Shown: positions 1-10,176 of the stretch, in pieces
Position numbering within the stretch: position 1 is the first letter of the stretch
How the letters are laid out: each line of letters starts with the position of its first letter
Assembly (NCBI GenBank): GCA_016188575.1
Contig: JACPHN010000268.1
Span: 916-64,915, forward strand
Source: Candidatus Schekmanbacteria bacterium
GTDB taxonomy: Bacteria; CSSED10-310; JACPHN01
Direction: 5' to 3'
Length of the DNA stretch: 64,000 nucleotides
Program-made: the position numbers and the translations under genes
Notes under the pieces: generated by a model
Database searches by the model: none
Seen by the model: the letters and a program-made list of their open reading frames with translations, nothing else
Told to the model about the DNA's origin: nothing

Positions 1-162
1 CAGGAGAAACCGGATGGCGCTCACGTCGCCGTAGTAGGCGCACCACTCGATCAGGCGCACGGCGCGATGGGTCGCGGTCGCCGGCTGGCCTGACGCCACG
101 TACGGCCACACCAGGTCGGTCCGGCCCGCTTCGATCCGCTCAAGCAGCTCTTCCATCGCCAT
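1..162 (-). CDS. 5' part of a probable ankyrin-repeat protein (runs off window edge)
   Basis: Hand translation from ATG 162 (or 156): MAMEELLERIEAGRTDLVWPYVASGQPATATHRAVRLIEWCAYYGDVSAIRFLL. The LIEWCAYYGDVSAIRFLL segment fits the ankyrin helix-turn-helix pattern. Overlaps the asnB stop. Not in the ORF track. Confidence 0.65.
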   Translation of the reverse strand, partial: MAMEELLERIEAGRTDLVWPYVASGQPATATHRAVRLIEWCAYYGDVSAIRFLL

Positions 163-2077
163 TTTCCACCCCGCACCCCGCGCGCTGCAATCGCGTCGCC
201 TCCCCGTGCGCGCCCACCGCCGCGCCGTCCAGGAACGCCCGGCACCACAGCTCGAACGACATCATCGTCCACAGGTGCAGGTCGAGCTCGCGGCCGCGCT
301 GGTGGCGCGCAATCAGCGTCTCGACGTAGCGCCGATCGAACCAGCCCCGCCCGAGGCAGGACGGCGACAGCAGCAGCTCGCGCACGAAGCCGCCGAGCTC
401 GCCGCGGAACCAGCGCCCCAGCGGGATCGCAAACCCCGACTTGGGCCGGTCCAGGATCGCGTCGGGCAGAATGCCGCGCAGCGCCTCCTTGAAAACGTGC
501 TTGCGGACTCCGCCGGCAACCTGCAGCTCGGGCGGGATCGCCGCCGCGAGCTCCACGATCTTGTGATCGAGCAACGGCACGCGCGCCTCGATCGAGCACG
601 CCATGCTCATGCGGTCGACCTTTGTCAGGATGTCGAGCGGCAGGTAGTTTTTCAGATCCAGATACTGCAGCGCCGACAGCCAGCTCCCCGGGACGCGGCC
701 GAGCGACTCCAGAGCAGGCGTCCGCGGATCCGTTCCCAGGAGCTCCGACCACAGCTCCGGGCGAAAGAGCCGGCGCAGCGATTCCGCGCGGAAGAGCGTA
801 CCGGCGTCCAGATACCGCTGGGCGCCGCGCAGCGACTTGTGATGCAGGTAGTTGTGGCCGCGAACGCCCTCCGGCACCACCGCCGCGAGCCAACCGAAGA
901 CCTTGCGCCTCGCCTCGGGACGCCGATCCCACTCCCGCTCGCGCGCCTCGACCGCGTATTTGTCGTAGCCCGCGAACAGCTCGTCGCCGCCGTCTCCCGA
1001 CAGTGCCACCGTGACGTGCTCCGACGCGAGCTTGGAGACCATGTAGGTGGGAATCGCCGAGGTGTCGCCGAACGGTTCGTCCAGATACCACGCGAGATTC
1101 TCCACGATGTCGAGCACGTCGGGCTCCAGCACGAGCTCGGTGTGGATGGTCTGAAACTGCTGGGCGACGGCGCGGGCCGCGGCGAGCTCGTTGTAATCCG
1201 CCTCGGGGAAGCCGATGGAAAAGGTGCGCACGGGTTCGCCGCCGAGGCGGGCCATGGTGGCGACGACGGCAGACGAATCGACGCCGCCGCTCAAGAAGGC
1301 GCCGAGCGGCACGTCGCTCACGAGGTGTAGGCGCACGGACTCCTCGAGCAGCGCGCGCAGCTCGGCGACGTAGTCGTCGAGGCGACGGCCGGGACGGGGC
1401 TGGAAGTCGACGTCCCAGTACGACCGCGCCGCGGGCTCGCGGTCCGGGTCGGCAGCGAGCAGGTGCCCGGCCTCCAGCTTGTGGACGCCCGCGATGATGC
1501 TTTCCTGTCGCGGCGTCGTCAAGAACGTGAACAGATGCCGCACCGCCGCCCAGTTGAGCTCCCGGCCGACCTCGCGAACCTGCAGCATCGCCTTGAGCTC
1601 GGACGCGAACACGACGCTGTCGTTCACCCGCGCCCAGAACAGCGGCTTGATTCCGAGCCGGTCGCGGGCCAACAGCAGGTGCCGCCGGCGCTCGTCCCAC
1701 AGCGCGAACGCGAACATGCCGCGCAGCTCCTGCACGCAGTCTTCGCCGTAGTCTTCGTAGAGGTGCACGATGCACTCGGTATCCGTCCCGGTGCGAAACA
1801 CGTGCCCGCGCGCCTCGAGCTCGCGGCGCAGCTCCTTGAAGTTGTAAATCTCCCCGTTGAAGACGACCCAGATGGTGCCGTCCTCGTTGGCGATCGGCTG
1901 CTCGCCGGTGCAGAGGTCGATGATGCTCAGCCGGCACATCCCCAGGGCGACGTTGCCCGCGACGCGAAAGCCGCGGTGATCGGGCCCCCGGTGGCTCAGC
2001 GTCGCCGCCATGGCCTCCAGCTCGCCGGCGCTCGCCGGCCTACCGTCGAAGTTGATACGGCCTACGATGCCACACAT
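140..2077 (-). CDS. asnB: Asparagine synthase (glutamine-hydrolysing) family amidotransferase, EPS-associated
   Basis: True start MCGIVG at 2077 with AAGGAG SD; motifs HRGPD, FNGEIYN, RDRLGIKPL, LSGGVDSS, SGDGGDELFAGY. Confidence 0.93.
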   Translation of the reverse strand: MCGIVGRINFDGRPASAGELEAMAATLSHRGPDHRGFRVAGNVALGMCRLSIIDLCTGEQPIANEDGTIWVVFNGEIYNFKELRRELEARGHVFRTGTDTECIVHLYEDYGEDCVQELRGMFAFALWDERRRHLLLARDRLGIKPLFWARVNDSVVFASELKAMLQVREVGRELNWAAVRHLFTFLTTPRQESIIAGVHKLEAGHLLAADPDREPAARSYWDVDFQPRPGRRLDDYVAELRALLEESVRLHLVSDVPLGAFLSGGVDSSAVVATMARLGGEPVRTFSIGFPEADYNELAAARAVAQQFQTIHTELVLEPDVLDIVENLAWYLDEPFGDTSAIPTYMVSKLASEHVTVALSGDGGDELFAGYDKYAVEAREREWDRRPEARRKVFGWLAAVVPEGVRGHNYLHHKSLRGAQRYLDAGTLFRAESLRRLFRPELWSELLGTDPRTPALESLGRVPGSWLSALQYLDLKNYLPLDILTKVDRMSMACSIEARVPLLDHKIVELAAAIPPELQVAGGVRKHVFKEALRGILPDAILDRPKSGFAIPLGRWFRGELGGFVRELLLSPSCLGRGWFDRRYVETLIARHQRGRELDLHLWTMMSFELWCRAFLDGAAVGAHGEATRLQRAGCGVENGDGRAA

Positions 2078-3657
2078 CGCGAATCTCCTTTGCGTTTTTC
2101 CGCCGGCGGGGCGGGGGTCCCGGGATGGAGCGCCGCGCCGCGACGCGGGCGGCCGCGGCCACGGCCACAAGCCGAGGCGAAACGCCGTGCGAGCGACGTG
2201 ACTCTCGTCACCAGCTCGCGGTCGAGCAAGCTCATCCACGACAGCACCGGGAGCGCACAGCCCACGAACGTCACTGCCGTCGCCACCAGGGAGAGCGCGG
2301 GGCCGCCTCCCAACAGCGCCCGCACGGCCAGCGCCGGCACGGCGAGCAGCGCGCACGCGAGCGCCAACCGGCCCAGGTCGCGCCAGGGCAATACCCGGCT
2401 CGCAGGCACGCCCAGCATCTGCCGCAGGTGCCACAGCGTCATGGTCTTGGCAAAAGCGTTGCCGAGCACCGTGACCAGCACCGCGCCGGCGAGCCCCAGC
2501 CCGAGCAGCAGCGGCACCAGCAGCGCCGCGACGAACAGGAGGCGCGCCAGGTTTTGCACGAGCAGGAAACGGGTCTGCGCGTACGCCCGCAACACAGCAT
2601 CGGTTTGCAGCGCCGAGAGCGGCAAGAGCGCGAGCCAGATCATGAAGATGGGAACGCTGCCCTGATAGCGCTCCGTAAAGAGCAGGACGATGAGGTCGGG
2701 CGCCGTCAGCAGGAGCAGCGCGGCGACCGGAAAAAAGACCATGGCGAGCTTGCGGGTCGTGTCGTGCCAGATCGCCCGCGCCGCCTCCTGGTCCCCCTGG
2801 TGCACGGCCTTGCTCATCCCCACCATCAGCACGTTGCCACCCGACTGCGCCAGGAAGTCGACGAGCGGCACTTGCAGGCACCCTACCGAGTAGACCGCGA
2901 AGACCGCGGCCGAAAACTGGTAGGCGACCGCATACTGGTGAAGATTGACGATGAGCGTGTCGACGATGATCGCGAGCTGAAAGGGGATCGTGTACGCGAG
3001 CTGCTCCCCGAGGATGGCGCCGCGGCGCGGGGCGGCGTCGCGGGCCGGGACCCCGTGCACCACGCCGAGCGTCGTGACGAGCCGCAGCACCCCGTGAGCG
3101 ATCGCGCCCAGCAGCACGCCGCGCAGCCCGCCGAGAACCAGTCCCACGGACAGCAACAGCGCCGCCCGCGCGACGTCCGACAGCGCGTACGCCGCCGACG
3201 CTCGCCAGTGCTGGCCGCTAGCCACCAGCACGATCTCCAGCGGCGCCGACATCAGGGTCAGCGCCAGATACACGCCGATGAGCGGCAGATACGGGCCGAG
3301 CCGGGGGTTGGCGAACAGGCCCGCGATCGCCTCGCTCCCCGCCCACAGCGCCGCGAGGCAGCAGAGCCCCGACAGCCCGAGCACGGCGACGGCGTTGCTC
3401 GCGAAGCGCCTGCGCCCCGCGCTTGCCCGGGGGACGAAGTAATACAGACTCTCCGCCATCCCGAGCTGCGCGAGCGCGAACAGCGTCGTGAATACCAGAA
3501 AGAGCTGGCGATAGGTGCCGAACTCGGTCTGGTCGAAGACGCGCGCGAGCACCACGGGGATGAAGAAGGTCGCCGCGAATCCTACCGCGCGCCCGGCCAT
3601 GAGCAGATACGCCGGCCCGAAGCTCCAGGGGCGGTTGCCGCGGTCCTCGTCACTCAT
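2062..3657 (-). CDS. wzx: Oligosaccharide flippase (Wzx; ExoM-like)
   Basis: 531-aa polytopic membrane protein with 'VLARVFDQTEFGTYRQLFL' N-terminus typical of the Polysacc_synt family; operon context. Confidence 0.85.
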   Translation of the reverse strand: MSDEDRGNRPWSFGPAYLLMAGRAVGFAATFFIPVVLARVFDQTEFGTYRQLFLVFTTLFALAQLGMAESLYYFVPRASAGRRRFASNAVAVLGLSGLCCLAALWAGSEAIAGLFANPRLGPYLPLIGVYLALTLMSAPLEIVLVASGQHWRASAAYALSDVARAALLLSVGLVLGGLRGVLLGAIAHGVLRLVTTLGVVHGVPARDAAPRRGAILGEQLAYTIPFQLAIIVDTLIVNLHQYAVAYQFSAAVFAVYSVGCLQVPLVDFLAQSGGNVLMVGMSKAVHQGDQEAARAIWHDTTRKLAMVFFPVAALLLLTAPDLIVLLFTERYQGSVPIFMIWLALLPLSALQTDAVLRAYAQTRFLLVQNLARLLFVAALLVPLLLGLGLAGAVLVTVLGNAFAKTMTLWHLRQMLGVPASRVLPWRDLGRLALACALLAVPALAVRALLGGGPALSLVATAVTFVGCALPVLSWMSLLDRELVTRVTSLARRFASACGRGRGRPRRGAALHPGTPAPPAEKRKGDSRCVAS

Positions 3658-5107
3658 GAACGCCCCGGTCGGCCGCCGGCTCCGGCTGCGGTTGCCGGCT
3701 CACCGCCCGAGTCGCCGCAACCAGCGCGATGAGCAGGTAGGGGAACCAGCTCAGCACGAAGCCGCCTGCCAGGCCACACGCCAGAAAACCCCACAGCGAG
3801 GCGTGCAGCGCGAAGGCGAGCGGGGCGATCAGGTGCGCGTTTCGCCCGCCCCCCACGCCGCCCACACCGCCCACACCGCCCAGCCCGGCGCGCTCGCCGC
3901 CCGCGCGGCCCCGCCGCGCCAGGCGGCCCGTGCCGACCAGCGCCGCCGCCAGCATCCCGGCAAACGGCACGAACCCCGCCAGACCCGTCTCGGCAAGCGC
4001 CTGAACCAGCGTGTTGTGGCTGTGCAGCCAGCCGTTGGACGGCGCGTCCGCCGGCGCATACAGCGGCCAGCCAAGCATGGAGCAACCCAGCCCGACCCCG
4101 GTCAACGGCCGATCCGCGAACATCTCCAGCCCCACGCGAATCGTCCACAGCCGTTCCTGAACCGTCGTATCCGCCCGCAACCCGGAAAACCCCTCGTCGC
4201 GCGTCCACAGCCGGTCTGCGAACGCCAGGCAGACGATCCCCCCGGCAACCGCCAGGACCCACACGGAGAGCTTGCGCGAGCGCAGCACGCTCAGCCCGAT
4301 CACCACCGCCAGCGCCAGCAGCCCGCCGCGCGAAAACGTCACGAAGATCGCCGGCAGGTAGATCGCCGCGACGCCATACAGGGCCGCGCGCCGCGGCAAG
4401 CTGCCGTCGCGCGCCAGGTACAGCGCCAGCGGCAGGAGAATGACCAGACTGTAGGCGAGCTCGTTGGGGTTTTCGAAAATCCCGATCCAGCCGGCGCGGG
4501 ACCCCTCTACAAGCTGACCGGTCGCGTAGTGCTGCAAGGTGCCGAGGGCGGGAAACAAGCCCCCGACGACCATCACGGTCGCGATGCCGCGGAGGCGTCC
4601 GAGATCCGTGGCGACATTCAGCACGAGCAAGGACACGGCGGCCATCTTTGCCAGATCCGCGAGCTGCTCGGCGGCATACCCCGGCCACAGCGCGCCGGCG
4701 ACCGACAGCGCGGCGGCGGCGACGAAGCCGAGCAACAGGTAGCTTTCCGGCCACACCAGGCGGAACGCACGTTCCGCCACCACCAGCTCGACGGCCAGCA
4801 CGACGAGCGCCAGCAACGCCACCGCCTGCGCCGGCCGCACCGCTTCCAGCGCCGGGACCAGCAGCGCCGCATTGGAGTAGAGCAGGGCCAAAAAGAGCAG
4901 CACGAGCCAGTAGGACAGGCGCCCGCGACGGGCGCCGTGCCGCCGGTCGCTCCCCAGCGGCCCCTCCACCTCACCTCCCCGCGCTTGCGGGGGGCGGCCT
5001 CCAAGCTCTCTCTCTCCCCCCGCTTGCCGGGGAAGGAAGGCAGCGGGGTATGATCGCAGTGGTCGCGTGGCCGCGTCCTGCCGATATTTGACACCGCTTG
5101 CCGTCAT
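3650..5107 (-). CDS. O-antigen ligase / Wzy polymerase family protein (ExoJ-like)
   Basis: Multi-TM protein with 'FENPNELA', 'TFSRGGLL', 'PLTGVGLG', 'HSHNTLVQALAETG' (Wzy_C). Start is either ATG 5107 (ATGA overlap with wecB stop) or GTG 4969. Confidence 0.85.
   Translation of the reverse strand: MTASGVKYRQDAATRPLRSYPAAFLPRQAGGERELGGRPPQARGGEVEGPLGSDRRHGARRGRLSYWLVLLFLALLYSNAALLVPALEAVRPAQAVALLALVVLAVELVVAERAFRLVWPESYLLLGFVAAAALSVAGALWPGYAAEQLADLAKMAAVSLLVLNVATDLGRLRGIATVMVVGGLFPALGTLQHYATGQLVEGSRAGWIGIFENPNELAYSLVILLPLALYLARDGSLPRRAALYGVAAIYLPAIFVTFSRGGLLALAVVIGLSVLRSRKLSVWVLAVAGGIVCLAFADRLWTRDEGFSGLRADTTVQERLWTIRVGLEMFADRPLTGVGLGCSMLGWPLYAPADAPSNGWLHSHNTLVQALAETGLAGFVPFAGMLAAALVGTGRLARRGRAGGERAGLGGVGGVGGVGGGRNAHLIAPLAFALHASLWGFLACGLAGGFVLSWFPYLLIALVAATRAVSRQPQPEPAADRGVHE
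3852..3878. repeat. 9-bp tandem repeat (CCCACA/GCCG x3) encoding GGV repeats
   Basis: cccacgccg-cccacaccg-cccacaccg read directly; in frame in a loop of the Wzy-like gene. Confidence 0.7.
4961..5048. repeat. Pair of REP-like CCCCCGC/GCGGGGG palindromic elements
   Basis: CCCCTCCACCTCACCTCCCCGCGCTTGCGGGGGG followed by CTCTCTCCCCCCGCTTGCCGGGGAAGGAAGG; same family as 6376, 8789, 12424, 22445, 23453 and 44931. Confidence 0.7.
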
Positions 5108-6267
5108 GCCCGCACTCCCGGCTCCCGAGCGCGCACCTGTCTGCTGCGCACGCCGCGGTACAGCTCCCGGATCTCGGTGCGGTGCTCGTATAGCGCGCTC
5201 ACGATGCGTTCGGCGGCGTGGCCGTCCCACTTTTCGGGGGTCCGCCGGAGCTTCGGCGGGCCCGACAAGATGGCCCGGGCGCTTTCGAGAATGAGGCCGC
5301 CGTCGAAGCCGACCAGCTCGTTGGTGCCCAGGGTCACGGTGATGGGCCGTTCCGTGTTTTCGCGCAGCGTCAGACAGGGCACCCGCAGCATGGTGGATTC
5401 CTCCTGAACGCCGCCGGAATCGGTCATCACGAATCGGCAATCGCGGAGCAGTCGGATGAAGTCGACGTAGTTGAGCGGCGGGATCCTGCGCACGTGGTCG
5501 AGACTTGCGGTCAGCCCGAGACCGCCAAGCTGGGCCGCCGTGCGCGGATGCACCGGAAAGACGATGGGGACGCGTTTGCCGAGCTCTTCTATGATCGCCG
5601 CCAGGTGCGCAAGGCGGCGGGGATCGTCGACGTTCGCGGGGCGGTGCAGTGTGAGCATGGCGTAGTCGCCGTCCTCGAGCTCGAGCCGACTGTGCACGTC
5701 GGACGACGCGATGCTCGGCCACGACCGCCGGAGCGTGTCGGCAAGCACGTTGCCGGTAAAGAAGATCTTCTCGGCGGCGATCCCTTCCTGGCGCAGATTG
5801 GTGATGGCCTGGGGTTCCGTGACGAAGAGGTAATCGGCGATGGCGTCGGTCAGGACGCGGTTGATCTCCTCGGGCATCTCGCGGTCGAAGCTGCGCAGGC
5901 CCGCCTCGACGTGTGCCACCGGGATGCCGAGGCGCGTGGCCGTCAAGGCCGCCGCGAACGTCGAGGCCACGTCGCCGACCACCAGCACCAGGTCGGGGGG
6001 AACGGCCTCCAGATAGTCCTCCAGGCCCTCGAGCAGGCGCGCGGTCTGGTGGCCGGGTGAGCCGGAACCGACGCCGAGGTGGACATCGGGCTCGGGAATG
6101 TGCAGGCCGCGGAAAAAAGAGCTGGAGAGCGACTCGTCGTAGTGCTGGCCAGTGTGGACCAGACGGGGAGCGATGCCCCGATGGCTGGTCATGGCGTCCA
6201 TGAGCGGCGCGATCTTGACGAAGTTTGGCCGGCAACCGACGACACTGACGATGCTCAACGCGTCCAT
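5104..6267 (-). CDS. wecB: UDP-N-acetylglucosamine 2-epimerase (non-hydrolysing)
   Basis: Start MDALSIVSVVGCRPNFVK with AGGAGG SD; HTGQHYD, HVEAGLRS, MPEEINR, TDSGGVQEE, RENTERP. Confidence 0.93.
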   Translation of the reverse strand: MDALSIVSVVGCRPNFVKIAPLMDAMTSHRGIAPRLVHTGQHYDESLSSSFFRGLHIPEPDVHLGVGSGSPGHQTARLLEGLEDYLEAVPPDLVLVVGDVASTFAAALTATRLGIPVAHVEAGLRSFDREMPEEINRVLTDAIADYLFVTEPQAITNLRQEGIAAEKIFFTGNVLADTLRRSWPSIASSDVHSRLELEDGDYAMLTLHRPANVDDPRRLAHLAAIIEELGKRVPIVFPVHPRTAAQLGGLGLTASLDHVRRIPPLNYVDFIRLLRDCRFVMTDSGGVQEESTMLRVPCLTLRENTERPITVTLGTNELVGFDGGLILESARAILSGPPKLRRTPEKWDGHAAERIVSALYEHRTEIRELYRGVRSRQVRAREPGVRA

Positions 6268-7544
6268 AGCTCGGTCCTCCTGAGGACTGCGTGCGTCGTT
6301 TCGGCCAGGGGTCGACTCTCTGCCAGACCGGCCGAATCGGTGGACGAGGTCATTGTGAGTGACTGCGTCGCAGCGCCCCCCGCCGCAAGCGGGGGGAGGC
6401 AAGGCAGGGGGTCCTGGCGAACGGGCGCTTGATCCAGGTCCGCCGGTCGCTCGGCGTGGCGGTCTGAGCAGGCGCGCAGAACCTCGAAAATGCCGTTGAT
6501 CTGAGCGCTCATGACCGCGCCCGAGAACTGCCCGTCCGCGCCCTTGCAGCAGTTTTCCCACAGGTGTTTGCGCGGCACGGTAAGCTGCGGGAACGCGGCG
6601 TGGCGGTGCCGGCAGGTGGTACAGGCGTGGGCATAGCCGGCCGCCGCGACGGCCTCGACGTCCGCGGCGCTGAACCGGCCGGCGGGGTAGGCGAAGCAGT
6701 CGACGCCGTGGCCGAGCTCGGCGGCGAGCTCCTGGCGCGACTCCGCAAGCTCCCGCCGCACGCGCGCGCGTGATTCGAGCGGCAGGATGATGTGGGTTTG
6801 CGTGTGGGAACCAATGGTGACCCCGGCGCGGTCGAGCGCACGGATGGCCGGCCAGTCCAGGATGCGCAGCTCGTCGAGGTCGCTCTCGTCGACGCCGACT
6901 GCGGACTCCAGCGCCGCGACGAGCTCGCCGAGAGCGGCGCAGGTGACCCGGGCGCAGAGCAGCTCGGTGAGGGTCGCCGCCGACCCGGATCCCGCGGGCA
7001 CCGCCCCAAGGAGCACCTCCGGCGACACGCCGAGTTCCCGCAGCGCCGCAAGCGACAAACAACCGCCTTTCCCCCACCGCGCCGCCGCGGTGTGGAGCAG
7101 CCGGTAGAGGCGGTCGTGCAGCGGAATGCCCGCGCCGCCCGCCAGGTCGGTCACGACGAACACGGTCGCCGGGACGCCGAGCGCGCGGAGGACCGGCAAG
7201 CCGTGCTCGGCCACGTCGCGGTAGCCGTCGTCGAAGGTGACGGCGGCGACGGGGGCGGCGCCTGCCTGATCCGCCCCCTGGTGCGCCGCCGCGAGCTCGT
7301 CCAGCGCGACGAAGCGATGGGAACGCCCCACCCAGCGCAGTTGCCGGGCGAGCATGTCCTGGGTGATCTGCATCGCCGGCATGGCGTGCGCTTCGGACTG
7401 CATCCGCTGCACGACGCGATGGTAGCACAGCACCAGTGGTCGATAGCGCCGCCGCGACACCGCGCCGATTGCCTCCGCGAGGCCCAACGCGTGCAGGCTG
7501 CGCGCCACTGTGCTCTTTATCGTGCGCCGCCAGGGTGCGCTCAT
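6255..7544 (-). CDS. Polysaccharide deacetylase (NodB/CE4; ExoL-like)
   Basis: VLCYHRV, VTFDDGYRD, GSHTQTH, FAYPAG motifs. Confidence 0.9.
   Translation of the reverse strand: MSAPWRRTIKSTVARSLHALGLAEAIGAVSRRRYRPLVLCYHRVVQRMQSEAHAMPAMQITQDMLARQLRWVGRSHRFVALDELAAAHQGADQAGAAPVAAVTFDDGYRDVAEHGLPVLRALGVPATVFVVTDLAGGAGIPLHDRLYRLLHTAAARWGKGGCLSLAALRELGVSPEVLLGAVPAGSGSAATLTELLCARVTCAALGELVAALESAVGVDESDLDELRILDWPAIRALDRAGVTIGSHTQTHIILPLESRARVRRELAESRQELAAELGHGVDCFAYPAGRFSAADVEAVAAAGYAHACTTCRHRHAAFPQLTVPRKHLWENCCKGADGQFSGAVMSAQINGIFEVLRACSDRHAERPADLDQAPVRQDPLPCLPPLAAGGAATQSLTMTSSTDSAGLAESRPLAETTHAVLRRTELWTR
6376..6412. repeat. REP-like hairpin in frame in the deacetylase C-terminal tail
   Basis: CCCCCCGC-CGCAA-GCGGGGGG perfect 8-bp stem followed by AGGCAAGGCAGGGGG; translated as DPLPCLPPLAAGG. 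Confidence 0.7.
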
Positions 7545-8755
7545 GGCCGTCCCTCGCGCTGCCGGCGCGCGAGCGCCCGGTCAAGCAGCTTCCGCGCCAT
7601 CCTGCGCGCCCGCCGCTTGAGCTCGCCGGCGCTCCGGCGCAGGCGCCCGCTCATGCCGGGCGGGTAAAGGCGCAAGCATTCGAGCGTCCGCCGCTCTCCC
7701 GCCCACAGATACTTGTAGGGCTCCTCACCGTGAAGAAAGTCGAATTCGGTCACGCCCTCTTCCATGCAGTGCCGGATGACCAGCCCCGCCATGACCAGGC
7801 CGACCCCGCGATCCGCGAGCGCGGGGTCAAAACCGGCCTGGTAATAGAGAAACCTGTGCCCAAAGCGGAACCCGTACACGGCGGCCGCGGGACGCCCGTC
7901 CAGACGCATGAGGAACAGGCGCAACCAGCCCCGTTCCAGCGCCTCCCGGCTCAGCTCCTCATGGAAGTCGCGCAGACTTCGGGTGTGAAAGGCATCGGAG
8001 CCGCCGCGCTCTTGCCAGCGTTTGAAGTGCAGCACCAGCAGATCCTCGAGCGCCTCACGGCGTTCCTGGTCGGTGCCCGCCAGCGCGAAGGAAACCGCGT
8101 AACGCTGCTGCAGCTTGCGGCAGCGGGCGCGGAAGTTCTGCCGATGCCGCGGCCCGAGCGAGGCGATGTAGTCTTCGAACGTCGGCTGCTCGAGGCGGAC
8201 AATGGGGCAGACGTTGGTGGTTGTCGCCGACTGGTGCCATCCCCGCCCGACCAGCCGGGCGGCCAGCCGGCGCGCGAACGATTCTCCGGCAGCGAGCTGC
8301 CCGAGCACCAGCGCTCGGCGCCGCACGGTCACGTGTTTCGCGAGCGCCTCCAGCACCTCCTCTTCGCACCCGTCGCGGACGATGATGTCGAGGTAGTCCG
8401 AGCCGACGCTCCCGGTGCCCAGCAGCTCGAGCGGCGAGAAGGGCCAGCGCTTTCTCATCAGCGGCGCCAGGGCCACCAGCTCCTCGCGACGCCACAGCGC
8501 GATCAGGCGCATGCAGCGCCCCTCGGACAGGTGCTGCCACCACGCCGACATCCACTCCCAGGTCAGGAAGAGCTCCCGGCTCTTGCTATTCTCAAGCAGA
8601 TCGTGCCAGTCGTGGTACAGCCGCAAGAAGGCCAGGCGGCTGCCGATACGTTCCGCCACCAGCCCGCCGGGGGGACTGCTCCGATTCGCCACGAAGGCGG
8701 CTCTGACCTGTTCCGCTGCGAGGATCGGCGGGATATCTACGTTGGCAACGCTCAT
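7541..8755 (-). CDS. GNAT/FemAB-like N-acyltransferase (Acetyltransf_6; ExoI-like)
   Basis: FLTWEW, GSVGSDYLD, YYQAGFDP, FDFLHGEEPYKYLW. ATG 8755 has an AGGAAGGGAG SD; an alternative coupled ATG lies at 8977. Confidence 0.87.
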   Translation of the reverse strand: MSVANVDIPPILAAEQVRAAFVANRSSPPGGLVAERIGSRLAFLRLYHDWHDLLENSKSRELFLTWEWMSAWWQHLSEGRCMRLIALWRREELVALAPLMRKRWPFSPLELLGTGSVGSDYLDIIVRDGCEEEVLEALAKHVTVRRRALVLGQLAAGESFARRLAARLVGRGWHQSATTTNVCPIVRLEQPTFEDYIASLGPRHRQNFRARCRKLQQRYAVSFALAGTDQERREALEDLLVLHFKRWQERGGSDAFHTRSLRDFHEELSREALERGWLRLFLMRLDGRPAAAVYGFRFGHRFLYYQAGFDPALADRGVGLVMAGLVIRHCMEEGVTEFDFLHGEEPYKYLWAGERRTLECLRLYPPGMSGRLRRSAGELKRRARRMARKLLDRALARRQREGRP

Positions 8756-8788
8756 GGCGACTCCCTTCCTGAATCCACTACTTTCCAC

Positions 8789-8905
8789 GCCTCCCCCCGC
8801 TTGTGGAGGTGAGGTGGGGTGGAATGCTCCCCTCTGTGGATCCTGAGTAAGGTGGCCCCGCCGAGCTCTTCGAGCAACGGTCCCCCCAGCCTCCGGGAGA
8901 GGGGC
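8789..8905. repeat. Two REP-like elements upstream of the GNAT gene
   Basis: CTCCCCCCGCTTGTGGAGGTGAGGTGGGGTGG and TCCCCCCAGCCTCCGGGAGAGGGG. Confidence 0.6.
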
Positions 8906-8973
8906 CTCGGAAGTGTAGTAGAGGAACCGGCTTCCGAGCTCATTGGGGCCACCTATGTAAACACGTGCGGTGC

Positions 8974-10176
8974 TCATGCCGGCTTCGCCTCCGGAGCGAG
9001 CAGCCGGAGACCGCGCGTGCGATGCGTGTCGTCCGCATGCCAGCGGTGCAAACCGAGCATGCGAATCTGTTTGGCGATGTGCTCGATGACCTCCAGCGTC
9101 ACGTACTGGTGAATGGGGATCTCGAGGAGGTGCTCGCGAAGAAAGCGGACGGCGGGCGAGATCTCCGTGAGCGACGGGTCACCGACGTTCCAGAACTGGA
9201 CGGTCTGGATGCCCGCTGCCTCCAGCGCCGCCGCGGCCGCCGCCTTGTCGGGAACGAGCAGGGGAAAGAAGAGCGGACAGACGCCGTCGTCGATGGTGCT
9301 GCGCAGCAGCGGCGCCTGGCCATCCAGAAGCTGCACCAGGAGCTGAAAGTTCGCTCGCCGCCGCGGCCGGATCTCGGCGTAGGGCAGGCGCTCGAGGATG
9401 CGCCGCGACAGGTCGGAAAGCGCGATGTCGGCGACCGAGCGATCGAAGCCCGCATCGCCGACGGGAATCCGCGGCCCCCACGTCGCGCTCAGCAGGCGGC
9501 CGGTAGCGCGTTTCGCCGCCGCCAGCACCTGGCCCGCGCCGCCGGCCCGGCTGCGAAACCACTCCACCAGCAGCTCGCTCGCCCTGCCCGCGGTCGACAG
9601 CCGGTCACAAGGGCGCAACGGCATGGCCGCGAGCCCCGGAATCGGCCAGCGGTTCTGTGCCAGGATCGCGCCGTTGGGAACCGGTAGCGTCTTGTACAGG
9701 CAGAACACCGAGAAGTCCCCAAACGTGCCGAGCGGCTGTCCCTCCAGCTCGCTCAAGAGCGCCAGAGCACAATCCTCCACCAGCACGAGGTCGCGCTCCC
9801 GGCAAATCTCCGCGAGCTCCCGGATCGGCTGCGGCCAGCCGATGTAGTGGATCGATAGCAGCGCCCGGGCACCCGACCGCGCGAGCCGCGAGACCTGGTC
9901 CAGATCCGGCTGCAGGTGCCGGTCCACGCGGTAGAACCGCAAGCGGGCACCTGCCGCCAGAATCGCCTTGATCTCATTACCGTGGTGGTAATCCGGAACG
10001 AGAACGGTCTCGTCCGGCCGCAACATGAGTTGCGAAAACAGATGGTAGAGCGCGTTGCGCGCGCGGTACCGGTAGATGACGTCCGGACTGCCCAGCGGGA
10101 AGGGCCTGGGAGCAGCGGACGGCGGCGACAGGAAGAGGCGCGGATCGAGACCTGGCCCCGCGGATGCGTACATCAT
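8974..10176 (-). CDS. DegT/DnrJ/EryC1/StrS PLP-dependent aminotransferase (ExoH-like)
   Basis: IHYIGWP, VEDCALAL, GTFGDFSVFCLYKTLP (PLP lysine present); ATG 10176 overlaps the upstream stop. Confidence 0.87.
   Translation of the reverse strand: MMYASAGPGLDPRLFLSPPSAAPRPFPLGSPDVIYRYRARNALYHLFSQLMLRPDETVLVPDYHHGNEIKAILAAGARLRFYRVDRHLQPDLDQVSRLARSGARALLSIHYIGWPQPIRELAEICRERDLVLVEDCALALLSELEGQPLGTFGDFSVFCLYKTLPVPNGAILAQNRWPIPGLAAMPLRPCDRLSTAGRASELLVEWFRSRAGGAGQVLAAAKRATGRLLSATWGPRIPVGDAGFDRSVADIALSDLSRRILERLPYAEIRPRRRANFQLLVQLLDGQAPLLRSTIDDGVCPLFFPLLVPDKAAAAAALEAAGIQTVQFWNVGDPSLTEISPAVRFLREHLLEIPIHQYVTLEVIEHIAKQIRMLGLHRWHADDTHRTRGLRLLAPEAKPA

Noticed and set aside
2078-2881. Apparent long N-terminal extensions or fusions in the ORF track (asnB 913 aa, wecB 826 aa, wzy 861 aa, ACAD 683 aa)
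   Set aside because: The extensions overlap neighbouring real genes; internal starts with SD sequences and family-typical N-termini exist.
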